Below are positions 1 to 10,669 of a stretch of DNA of 64,000 bases, one piece after another (position 1 is the stretch's first letter; the number at the start of each line of letters is the position of its first letter). The notes under the pieces are model-generated. The model was not told the DNA's origin. It searched no databases and saw only the letters and a list, made by a program, of their open reading frames with translations. The position numbers were made by a program, and so were the translations under genes. This DNA comes from Anolis carolinensis (taxonomy: Eukaryota), in the NCBI RefSeq assembly GCF_035594765.1, contig NC_085844.1, positions 60,341,923 through 60,405,922 on the forward strand. Reading direction: 5' to 3'.

Positions 1-407
1 CAACACTACAGAAAATTTACACTGAAATGCTTTCATATGCTGATATATACACATCTATCTATCCATTTAGTAAGTAAACAAGTCCTGATAGTTACTGGCA
101 TCAAAAGAATACATTCTTGTTGACCTCTTCCATCTGACTGCAAGCTATTTCAAAGTTGTGACCCATGGTTGAATTTCCAAATATCTGTCTTTTTCTCTCT
201 CTATGTACCTAGACAGCCTGCATGGCTTAAATGTTACCAGCATGTGAAGATAGCAGGGGGTAAAATTCAACCAGAATGCTTACACAAGGCTCAGATCCCA
301 GAAATGACACGCTGGATGCACCAGGGAACTTTCCTATCTTATTGCATCTCTCCACTCTCTGACCTTAGTTTCTCTGCCCTAAAACCCTGAGATGATGCTA
401 GTCCCTA

Positions 408-715
408 GAATTATAGAATTATGGAGTTAGAAGAGACCACAAGGGCCATCCAGCCTAACCTCCTGCCATGCAAGAACACATAATCCAGGCACTTACAATA
501 GATGGCCATCCAGTTCAACCTCCTGCCATGCAGGAACACATAATCAAACCCCCCCCCCCCCAACAGATGGCCATCCAGCCTCTGTTTGAATACATCCAGA
601 GAAAAGGACTCCAGCACACTGCAAAGTAGCATAGCCTACCTCTGAACAGCTCTTACTGTCAGGAAGTTCTTCCAAATGTTTAGGTGAAATCTCTTTTCCT
701 GCAATTTGAATCCAT
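408..715 (-). mobile_element. CR1 LINE 3' fragment with internal ~45-bp duplication
   Basis: Reverse complement of CR1 3' end (...FKQRLDGHL; tail-like agaattatagaatt); segments 444-486 and 503-546 duplicated. Confidence 0.85.
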
Positions 716-839
716 GGGGAGGATTGACCCATGATTCAGGGAATTGTAGTTCACCCACTCCAAACTGAGAATACCTAACAATCAAGGACAAATAATGCCT
801 TTTTCAAATAGCCTGGGCATCGCCGGGTTCCCAAGCTAG
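716..839 (+). mobile_element. Helitron 3' terminal fragment
   Basis: GC-rich subterminal hairpin-like cctgggcatcgccggg followed by CTAG (836-839) and host T. Confidence 0.55.
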
Positions 840-864
840 TATAACATAATTTCAGATATTTAAG

Positions 865-1032
865 CCTGGCTGTCTTGTTATTATTTATTGTATTGTTAAA
901 TTGTGTTATGATATGTTGTTTTATATTTTGTCATATTGTATGGTTTTGGGCATGGCCCCATGTAAGCCGCCCCGAGTCCCCGTTGGGGAGATGGTGGCGG
1001 GGTATAAATAAAGTTTTATTATTATTATTATT
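865..1032 (+). mobile_element. L2 LINE 3' tail
   Basis: tgtaagccgccccgagtcccc...ggggtataaataaa + (TTA)n tail; same tail type recurs at ~9350-9485, 13150-13430, 16640-16850(-), 20640-20945, 51530-51590(-), 61695-61760. Confidence 0.75.
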
Positions 1033-2487
1033 TGTTGGCTAAATATTCTCCAAACTAAACATACTCTGAGCTAAACATACCCTATCTTCGAATAGATTTG
1101 ACTTCAATGGCAATATCTGGTGTTTGTTTGAATGTAGCCCAACCATGTTAAATCTCTTCTCAATTTATCTGGTTAATGTACACTCAAACTGATAATCTGG
1201 GATTGGGAATGAAACTATAATGTTTCATATATCACGTTCTTGTAACTGACTATTGGGAAGGTTGTATAGATAAAGGTAGTACTCTGCTGGATTTCTGCAC
1301 ACTTTTGTGGGCCTTATGGTGCCTATGGAAGTGGAGGCATTTCTGGTGAAATTAGACATTTGGGCAATGATGCAGTGGTGAATTTTGAAGTGCAAGTGCT
1401 CATCATGACAGTCCTTATATAGAAGCCACCAATGATTTTTGTTTTAACATAGACAGCAATTTTAGGACTGAAGCTAAACTCAGAAGAGAAGGTTGTAGGA
1501 AGATCATTACTGCCCCTTCTAATGACAAAGTCCAAGCTTTGCAAGTATGTGAGATTGGGCTCCAGTGTACTACTACATGTGCAATTGAGGATCAGTAGCC
1601 AAGAGATTTAGCCTGAAATTAAGAAGTAAAAAAGGCTAGATATCACACAGCATTAGAAGGAGTTCATCTATAGCATAGATCAGAATATACTGAAGGGGAA
1701 AATTGATTTTTTAAAAAAGTAAAAAAAAAAACCTGAAATATTAGACTCAGTGCAAATAAGGAGGAAGGAACAAGGAAACAGCAGTTGGAATAGCACACAA
1801 GAGAACAAAAAACAGCAAGAATGGTATGCAAACATGATGTTTAGGAAGCAACCAAGACAAAGAATAATCAGACTCCAAAGACCAGATAGAATAATCTGTA
1901 GATCACGTAAACAATTCCAGGTATTTCTGTCAAACTAGGGTCAACCTACACCTGTTCCCAAGCAAAAAATTTCAAAGGTCTGACCAGGAAGTTTATTTTG
2001 TCTAGTTACCAAAACAAAATTACAAGATCCACTCAAAAGCAACTGAGTCATTCTTACTGTTTGTGTTTATGAACATATTACCATAATATTAATATGTGAA
2101 GGTTTCACATGGGAGTGTTCCCTTTGAAAGTTTCTTTCTGTGCAGCATACTGTGTGTGAGCGTAAAAACTGGTGTTCTGTGATGACCCACATATGTCTAT
2201 TTGAATCACACATTTGCTGTCTATCTAACTGGAAACTTTTTTTTAGTATCACCAACTATAGGAGTTGAAATGTATGGATTATTTTAGAACCAGGTCACCA
2301 AAATCTTCAATTGTGCCAATTCAAATCTAGACAAATTGGGGATGAATGCACAAACCAAGTGGATTTTCTTGCTTATGTCATTGTAATTTAGAACTTTAGA
2401 TCCAATGCACTAGCACCTGGAGTTTATTATGTACAGTATAGCTTTCCTGGAAGCTTGTAAAAAGTAGGGATATGAATTAATGGATTT

Positions 2488-2560
2488 CATAGAGTCATAG
2501 AATAATAGGGTTGGAAGAGACCATATGGGCCATTTAGTCCAACCCCTTGCCATCCAGGAA
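2488..2560 (-). mobile_element. CR1 3' tail fragment
   Basis: catagagtcatagaat...ggttggaagagacc...gtccaacccc. Confidence 0.75.
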
Positions 2561-3239
2561 AGATGTATTCATTTGAAATGATGTAAAATAATAAACAGCT
2601 ACCTAGGCTTCTTCCACACTAGCAAAAAAAAAACAAAAACCCTATATCCACTACTCTATTCTAGCGTAGTATGAACATGTGACATCCAATTGTTTTAACA
2701 ATAAAAGTGATTTTAAAAAAACCTTCTTGCTTCATAGTTTCTGTATTGTGGTTGTTGCGTTCCTGTTGCAAACTTGTCATAGGATTTCCTTGATAAGATG
2801 GGTTCACTACTGAGGCTGAGAGAGTGTGACTCACATGACATCACTTGGGTTTAATGGCTGAATGGTGATTTGAACACAGTTCTCCAGGGCCTACATTATT
2901 GTCCATGGCTCTGTGCAATCGAATTGCCCAAACCATTACTCCATGCTTTCTCCTTAAGACCCAATGCCATTAAAGTTCAAACTAGATTATGTTTTCAGAA
3001 GTCTGGTGTCATCTGACTCCTGACTGAAGAAAAAGGGGGGAAATGGGGGAGGGGAAGAGACAGGGAAACGGTATGGGATAGCTGACCATCCCCAAAGATG
3101 GACCTTGGAGATGTTTTTCCATTCTTTCCCCCGCTTCTCTCCCACCCGTAGAATAATGTCCTGCGACGTGCAGACTGAAATGGAACTGTATATTCTTTTA
3201 ACTTAACTAGGCTCCAGCAAAACAACATAGGGCTTGTAA

Positions 3240-3462
3240 TTTTGTTGCTATGTGCTTTTATGTTGGCTCCTATTTATGGCAACTCTATCACAGGGTTTTC
3301 TTGGCAAGTTTGAATCAAAGGATGTTTGCCATTGCCTTCCTCTATTGAGAAAATCTGACTTGGCCAAGGTCATGCAATAGGTTTCCATGGCTGAGTTGTG
3401 AGTTGAGCCCTCCTCTCCTGGAGTGCTGTTCCAGCACTCAAACCATCACACCACACAAGCTC
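3240..3462 (-). mobile_element. MIR-like (CORE) tRNA-derived SINE
   Basis: Reverse complement of tRNA head plus CORE-like gtgaccttggccaagtca; degraded relative at ~2745-2890. Confidence 0.65.
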
Positions 3463-4042
3463 TCTAATTAGCTATCAATATAGTATATTAAATAAAGCTG
3501 TATATTAAATAAAGCTGTGCATCTCTGATTCATCTCTTGCATTTGTTTAATCTTCTTTGTTTCACACTCCACATTTTTCTTTATTTTTGTCTTTTGGACT
3601 TTGTTATGTGAGCCTATAATTTGTCTTTCATTCAGAAGTGGCAGTGCCAGTGTGGTGGTTTCCTTTAGTTATGGTTTTGCTCTTTGGTAATAAATCCTTT
3701 TGGAGCCAGATCTGTTGCGGTTTGGAAAAACATTGAGCTGGTTGCCTTGGAATGCCAATACCATGAGCTTGCTGCAATCTGAGGTTGTTATATTGGAGCA
3801 AACTGCAAAGGAATGAAAAAGGTGGGGCAACATCCATGGGTTAATTATGTGCCATGTGTCTTCTATGGCAGCTTGCCAATTCCTGACCTAGAGCTATTTC
3901 TTTTAGCAGCCTTCTGTACATTTGTTGCACCACCCATTTGTCAGGCCTTCACTGTCAATCGCAATGCCTTACACTAAATTCTCTTTCGAATTGAGATGAA
4001 GAACCAAGTTTCCCACAGCTTCCAGGCTAACTACTGCACCAT

Positions 4043-4453
4043 TAGAATCATAGAATCATATCCAGTCCAACCCCTTGCCAAGAACCAGGAAATTTGCATT
4101 CAAAGCACCCCTGACATATGGCCATCCATCCTCTGTTTAAAAGCTTCCAAAGAAGGAACCTCCACCACACTCTGGGGCAGAGAGTTCCACTGTTGAACAG
4201 CTCTTACAGTTAGGAAGTTCTTCCAAATGTTCGGGTGGAATCTCCTTTCCCTGCAATTTGAAGCCATTGCTTCGCATCCTAGTCTCCAGGGCAGCATAAA
4301 ACAAGTTTGCTCCCTCCTCCCTATGACTTCCCCTCACATATTTATACATGGCTGGCTATCATGTCTCCTCTCAGCTTTCTCTTCTGCAGGCATGACCAGT
4401 TCTTTAAGCCTCTCCTTATAGGACTTGTTCTCCAGAGCCTATGAGGAGCAGCT
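4043..4453 (-). mobile_element. CR1 LINE 3' fragment with short 5' inversion
   Basis: ORF2 C-terminus (KNFLTVRAVQQWNSLP..VVEVPSLEAFKQR) and (ATTCTATG)n tail; ~4431-4453 is CR1 sequence in the opposite orientation. Confidence 0.9.
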
Positions 4454-4865
4454 TTGGCTAATATTTATTTTCATTGGCCAATGCTTATTTTCTGTATCCA
4501 CAAATTGAGGTTATCAGTTCTCAGAGCTAGAACAGACATAAGGAATGGGAGCTTATTAGAGAAATAGACAAAAATAATTTCCCTATTAAATGAAGTCTAT
4601 TTTAAAAAGTAAACATATGAACAGTAATTGAATAAGTGAATATAAAATACAGATGGAAACATAAAATTAACATTAATTTTTCCATAATGTTGGAATTTGC
4701 TCTTTGACTATTTGAAACTCCCATTGTGTTTTATACTAAGAAACAAAATATAACAATTAGCCAATTCTGATAGCAAACTATATTTAGAGAATTTGGGTTT
4801 TATAGGACAGAAATGCAATGGCATAATTCAAGGATACAGTCATTAAACTCTAACTGTAAACAGTT

Positions 4866-5124
4866 AGCCCCCAGTGGGGCAATGGGTTAAACCCTTGTGT
4901 CAGCAGGACTGATGACTAAAAGGTCAGCAGTTCGAATCTGGGGAGAGGGGTGAGCTCCCATCTGTCAGCTCCAGCTCCCCATGTGGGGACATGAGAGAAG
5001 CCTCCCACAGAATGATAAAACATCAAACATCCGGGCGTCCCCTGGGCAACGTCCTTGCAGACGGCCAATTCTCTCACACCAGAAGTGACTTGCAATTTCT
5101 CAAATCACTCCTGACATGAAAAAA
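4866..5124 (+). mobile_element. tRNA-headed SINE with Vingi-related body and tail (contains HDV-like ribozyme fold)
   Basis: A/B-box-like head (agtggggcaatggg; gttcgaatc); body matches the reverse complement of 6098-6192; 3' end tcactcctgacatgaaaaaa resembles the Vingi 3' end at 7771-7797. Confidence 0.85.
4984..5076 (+). ncRNA. HDV/CPEB3-like ribozyme fold (probably inactive) inside SINE
   Basis: P1 ggggac 4985-90/gtcccc 5037-42; P2 tgagagaa 4992-99/ttctctca 5069-76; P3 gcc 5000-02/ggc 5034-36; P1.1 cc 5004-05/gg 5044-45; P4 cgtc 5050-53/gacg 5060-63; J4/2 G-C-C-A-A with catalytic-equivalent C at 5065. Confidence 0.7.
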
Positions 5125-6097
5125 CTGGAAACAATAGGCATGTAACTAAAAATTGTGTGCATATGTACTGTATATGATATTACTTTCTATTGTTTAGGAT
5201 TTAAATTGGGGTCAGGACATGTTATGATATGATGATCCCATATTGGTCCAGGCCTACAGATCAGCATTCCTGTGATTATTCAACCTTGCTATTTGTTGGA
5301 GGAAGTTCAAGACTGAAGTGGTTTGAAGCTGTAGGTTTCAGTAGCAAAGAGCAAAGAAAATCACGGCATATTAAAATCTTCTGGTTATTCTTCCATCAAA
5401 AAGAATAATCTCCATTTGATTGCTGTGAGAATCTTCACTTGAAAAAAGTTTCTATATACAGAAAGAAGTTTGATAAGCTTTAAATAATTCTCTCTTTTGT
5501 TAGCTGTTTCAACAATATATTTATATAAAATTATGGTAGTTATCAAAGTATGCAGATAAAAGATTTTTCCTTAAAAGTATGTACTCTGAAATCCACATCT
5601 CAAGTAACTGTTGACGGAATAAATTGCTGAAAGACCTTATTAAAGGAGTCATTTTTGCTTTGAAATACTACACTTCGTTTGGCTTATGTCGCATATGTGT
5701 TTAACTGCTAAATTAAATTTATTATGAAGCAAAAAAAAAAAATCCAGCGCACAAATGCAAGTCTTTTGAAATCCGGTCCTTTGAGGGATGTTTTACAGAT
5801 TATGTCACTAAAATGCCATTCCTATTCCTGGTTGTTATTCATATTTGTGTTTTTGTTGTGTGCCACCAACATGGATTTGATTTATCATGGCCCTATGAAT
5901 GAGAAACCTCAAAGACCCCCTGTTATTTATAAAGAGCTGTAAGGCCCTTTTGATGACAAAATCAATTTCCTTTATGTGTAATCCAAAAGGTTTCAGAGCA
6001 TGGTCTGTCCTCTGGATGGTGCCTTTTGCATTTGCAATCCCTTCAGCTAAATAAGTAGACTGTAACATTTTACTATGGGACCTCAATTCTAACTTTG

Positions 6098-7797
6098 CAA
6101 GTCACTTCTGATATGAGAGAATCAGCCGTCTACAAAGACGTTGCCCAGGGGATGCCCGGATGTATTTCGATCCTGCAGGGAGGCTTCTCTCATTGGAGCA
6201 TTGCAGCACACCCGAATACTTGGGAGTTAGCCTAGACTGTGCTCTGACCTACAAGAAGCATTGCTTGAATATCAAGCAAAAAGTGGGTGCTAGAAACAAT
6301 ATCATATTAAAGTTGACTGGCACAACCTGGGGATCACAACCAGAGACAGTGAAGACATCTGCTCTTGCACTTTGCTACTCTGCTGCTGAGTACGCATGCC
6401 CAGTGTGGAATACATCTCACCACCTGAAAACAGTGGACATGCTGATAATGAGACATGCTGCATTATCACAGGATGTCCACGCCTTACACCTCTAGAGAAA
6501 TTATACTGTTTAGCTGGTATTGCACCACCTGACATCTGCCAGGAAGTAGCATCCAATAATGAAAGGTCCAAAGCAGTGACATCTCCAGCCCATCCTCTGT
6601 TCAGATATCAGCCAGCACATCAACTCTTTAAATCAAGAAATAGCTTTCTGAGATCTACAGAGATACTTGCAGGAACGTCTCAGCAAGAGAGAGTCCAAAA
6701 GTGGCAGGCTGTTGTGACTCAGCCTTTGTGTGACTCTGATGAGGATTCTGGAATGCAGTTTCAAGATGATGGGATTCAGGTTCAGGATGAGTTTCAAGAT
6801 GACTCTGATGGGAATTATGGGATTCAGGTGCAGAATGTCCCTGCTGTGGGAGATGAGGAGCAGGGAGGCTTTCCCACAGGAAGAAATGATGTTGTTACTG
6901 ATGATGGTTTTCAGGTGCAAGAAGCAGAAAGGGAGAGTAGCTCCCAGCCTCAGCCTGATAACACTAATGAGCCCTGTAGTCTTGAAAATGATGAGGCCAC
7001 TTCTCTAGATTGGGCTAGTCATTTGGAATTTCAGGGGTTGTGCGAAGTCTCAGAATAGCAAATAAAAGGGAGGTCAAAGGGCAAAGAAATGCCTCCATGG
7101 TATGCTATTAAAACAGTCTGCTGAGAGGGAAATCTTCGTCAAGGCAATTTCCTCGCTTGAATCAAGAACCATGTCTGCTTTCCTCTATTATCTTATAGCT
7201 TGGATATATCTTCATTTCTGGGACTTTGGCTTCATTTTAAGGACATTGCTTCATGCGTAATGTTTCCATGGATTTGTACTTACAGCTTTGTTTTTGTAAC
7301 TATCTTTTGGTACTGATCTTTTACCTTTTATGAACTATCTTTTCCTTATTTCCTAATAAACTACAAAAGACTACGATCTGTGTGCAGCCTGGTGGCTTTA
7401 GCAAGGTGAAACTAACCTGAGGTGCGACACAGGCTAAAACCCGGAATCTCAATCCATGGCTGATACCAAATGAGAGACTGCCTTCTGGGCACACAGAAGA
7501 CTGAGTGACTTGGAAGGCATTGAACAGACTGCTCTCTGGCAGCACAAGATGCAGAGACAACCTTAAGAAATGGGGCCACAAAGTGGAGTCCACAACATGC
7601 AAGTGTGAAGAAGAGCAAACCATCGACCACCTATTACAATGAAGTCTGAGCCCTGCCACATGCACAATAGAGGAACTCCAAGTGGCCAGCTACTGGTCAA
7701 AGGACATTTAGTATAATGCCAAGTTTTTAACTTTGGTTGTGTTTTAAATACATTACAACTGTACTCCGGGTTCGCTTCTGATATGATAAATAAAAAA
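6098..7797 (+). mobile_element. 5'-truncated Vingi (Ingi-related) LINE with inverted 5' segment, interrupted by a solo LTR
   Basis: RT C-terminal region (YLGVSLD..LTYKKHC..ALCYSAAEYACPVW..LAGIAPPDI..WKALNRL..C-terminal Cys/His motif), frameshifted; A-rich tail; 13-bp TSD aattctaactttg at 6085-6097 and 7798-7810. Confidence 0.85.
6710..7429 (+). mobile_element. Solo LTR (Gypsy-like), 720 bp, inserted in Vingi
   Basis: TG...CA ends with imperfect inverted termini (tgttgtgactcag / ctgaggtgcgaca); 5-bp TSD caggc at 6705-6709 and 7430-7434; removal restores Vingi KWQA-KTRN; AATAAA near 3' end. Confidence 0.9.
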
Positions 7798-8477
7798 AAT
7801 TCTAACTTTGAATAAAAGATATCGGGAACAATAGGGAATGACCATTGCCCTCCTTGTGAACTTTCTGAGCCATGAGACACGTGGCTGGACAATCTTGTCA
7901 ACCAGAAACCACAAAATCTGTTCTTGTGTTCTCAATTTGTGAAAGGTGCTGGGTGTGGGATGAAATGTGACATTTATGTGCTATGAATTGGCTCTGATAC
8001 GTATAAATATCTTCTCACATGAGCAGACTAACTAAAAAAAGCTTGCTCAAGTTAAGTATTTCAGACACAGAGCTTATGGATGTCGGACTCTCTTCACAGT
8101 GTTTCCCATTGGATCTTTGTAAGATTTCATTTTTTATCCATGCTGCTGAATTGTTATTTGTGCATGGTAATCACTACTTCATAATAGAGCTAAATTTTGA
8201 TGGGTGAAAAAAATCCGCTTCATTGTTTTATGGGCTTTCTGAGTCAAACTCTTGGTATTCTAGCAGTTACTATTTCTTCCTTTTTGTGTTTTCTGGGATG
8301 GATGCTGGTGACTGAGCACAAAATACTGCTAGCACACACTGGAATGGGTATCATCTTGAACTGATAATAAAAGAGAGGTGAAATTAATGTACGAGGGAAT
8401 AATCTTAATCTCATCTAATCTGGAATAATTTGAACAGTTCTGCAATTAATCTAAAACTGATTTTTCCCCATTAGAAA

Positions 8478-8754
8478 TGGCTCAGTGTGTTAAAGTGCTG
8501 AACTGCTGAACTTGCAGACCGAAAGGTCCCAGGTTCAAATCCAGGGAACAGAGTAAGCGCCCGCTGTTAAACTCCAGCTTCTGCCAACCTAGCAGTTTGA
8601 AAACATGTAAATGTGAGTAGATCAATAGGTACTGCTCTGGCGGGAAGGTAACGGCGCTCCAATGCAGTCATGCCGGCCACAAGACTTTGGAGGTGTCTAC
8701 GGACAACGCCGGCTCTTCGGCTTAGAAATGGAGATGAACATCAACCCCCAGAGT
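8478..8754 (+). mobile_element. Sauria SINE (3' end missing)
   Basis: Matches the other Sauria copies (ttaaagtgctgaactgctgaacttgcagacc...gagatgaacatcaacccccagagt). Confidence 0.9.
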
Positions 8755-8801
8755 GCTACTAAACGCGCGGGCGGGGGGGGGGGGGGTACAGAATGAAATT
8801 C

Positions 8802-9350
8802 TGGGTTACTGTGAGTTTTCCGGGCTGTATGGCCACCAATGTTCCATAAGCATTTTCTCCTGTCATTTCGCCTGCATCTATAGCAGACACCTCAGAAGTT
8901 GTGAGGTCTGTTGGGAACTATGCAAGTGGGATTTATATCTCTGTGGAATGAGAAAGAACTCTTGTCTTTTTGAGGCAAGTGTGAATATTATAATTGGTCA
9001 CTGAATTAGTACTGAATAGCCTTTCAGTTTCAAGGTCTGGCTGTTTACTGCCTGGGGGAATCCTTTGTTGGGAGGTGTTAGCTGGCCTTGATTGATACAT
9101 GTCTGGAATTTCTCTATTTTCTGAGTGTTGTTCTTTATTTACTGTCCTGATTTAAGAGGTTTTTTTTAATACTGGTAGCCAGATTTTGTTCATTTTCATG
9201 GTTTCTTCCTTTCTGTTGAAGTTGTCCACATCCTTGTGGATTTCAATGGCTTCTCTGTGTAGTCTGACATGATAGTTGCTAAAGTGGTCCAGCATTTCAG
9301 TATTCTCAAATCATATCCAGGTTGGTTCATGAAGTGTTCTGCTATGGCTT
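8802..9350 (-). mobile_element. Penelope-like element 3' fragment (GIY-YIG C-terminus plus terminal repeat)
   Basis: Minus-strand AIAEHFMNQPG...YHVRLHREAIEIHK..NFNRKEETMKMNKIW; ends in the hammerhead-bearing terminal unit. Confidence 0.85.
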
Positions 9351-9666
9351 TACTATGTTTAACTTTGTTGTATGGTGGTTTTTTTGACAATTAAATGTTT
9401 CTTTATGTTTATGTCAGAAACCGCCCTGAGTCCTCTGGAGGAGATGGAGCGGTATATAAATAAAGTTTTATTATTATTTATTATTACAGTACATGTGCCC
9501 AGAGACTGGGTGCAACTATTTGCCAATAGGTTATGTCCAATATTTTGAACTTCAACTAGGGGCTGTTGGGAATTCTGGGAGTTGAAGTCCAAACACTTGG
9601 AAGGTTGAAGTTTGCATTACACTGTCCTATATCCTAGGATCTGATCCCAGATTATCTGGCAGTATA

Positions 9667-9995
9667 AAAGGTAAAGGTTTCCCCTGACGTTAAGTCCAGT
9701 CGTATCCAACTCTGAGGGTTGGTGCTCATCTCCATTTCTAAGCCGAAGAGCCGGCGTTGTCCGTAGGCACCTCCAAGGTCATGTGGCCGGCATGACTCAA
9801 TGGAGTGCTGTTAACCTTCCTGCCAGAGCGGTACATATTGATCTACTCACATTTGCATGTTTTCGTACTGCTAGGTTGGCAGAATCTGGGGCTAACAGTG
9901 GGCGCTCACTCCGCTCCCTGGATTTGAACCTGCGACCTTTTGGTCCACAAGTTCAGCAGCTCAGCGCGTTAACACACTGTGCCACCAGAGGCCCC
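9667..9995 (-). mobile_element. Sauria SINE, full length
   Basis: Reverse-complement head and (ACCTTT)n tail; flanked by atctggca(g/a)tata at 9654-9666 and 9996-10008. Confidence 0.95.
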
Positions 9996-10008
9996 ATCTG
10001 GCAATATA

Positions 10009-10316
10009 AAAGGTAAAGGTTTCCCCTGATGTTAAGTCCAGTCATGTCTGACTCTGGGGGTTGGTGCTCATCTCCATTTCTAAGCCGAAGAGCCGGCGTT
10101 GTCCATAGACACCTCCAAGGTCATGTGGTCGGCATGACTGCATGGAGCGCCATTACCTTCCCGCCGGAGCGGTACCTATTGATCTACTGACATTGGCATG
10201 TTTTCAAACTGCTAGGTTGGCAGGAGCTGGAGCTAACAGCGGCCGCTCACGCTGCTCCCAGGGCTTGAACCTGGGACCTTTTGGTCTGCAGCTCAGTGCT
10301 TTGCCACCGGGGCTCC
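10009..10316 (-). mobile_element. Sauria SINE
   Basis: As above; flanked by atctggcaatata at 9996-10008 and 10317-10329. Confidence 0.95.
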
Positions 10317-10349
10317 ATCTGGCAATATAGACTCATATAATCCAGTTCA

Positions 10350-10669
10350 GGGGCCCCTGGTGGCACAGTGTGTTAAAGCGCTGAGCTGCTGAACTTGCGG
10401 ACCAAAAGGTCCCAGGTTCAAATCCCGGGAGCGGAATGAGCGCCCGCTGTTAGCCTCAGCTCCTGACAACCTAGCAGTTCGAAAACATGCATATGTGAGT
10501 AGATCAATAGGTACCGCTCCGGCGGGAAGGTAACGGCGCTCCATGCAGTCATGCCGGCCACATGACCTTGGAGGTGTCTATGGACAACGCCGGCTCTGGA
10601 GATGAGCACCAACCCCCAGAGTCGGTCACGACTGGACTTAACATCAGGAGAAACCTTTACCTTTATCTT
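10350..10669 (+). mobile_element. Sauria SINE
   Basis: Full head and tail; TSD atccagttca at 10340-10349 and 10670-10679. Confidence 0.95.

Noticed and set aside
4905-4940. CUGAUGA in the SINE head as a hammerhead core
   Set aside because: No correctly placed GAAA or stem III; it lies in the tRNA-derived head
6396-7058. 220-aa ORF, the longest in the window
   Set aside because: Chance in-frame fusion of a Vingi ORF remnant with the inserted solo LTR (junction at TSD caggc); not a host gene
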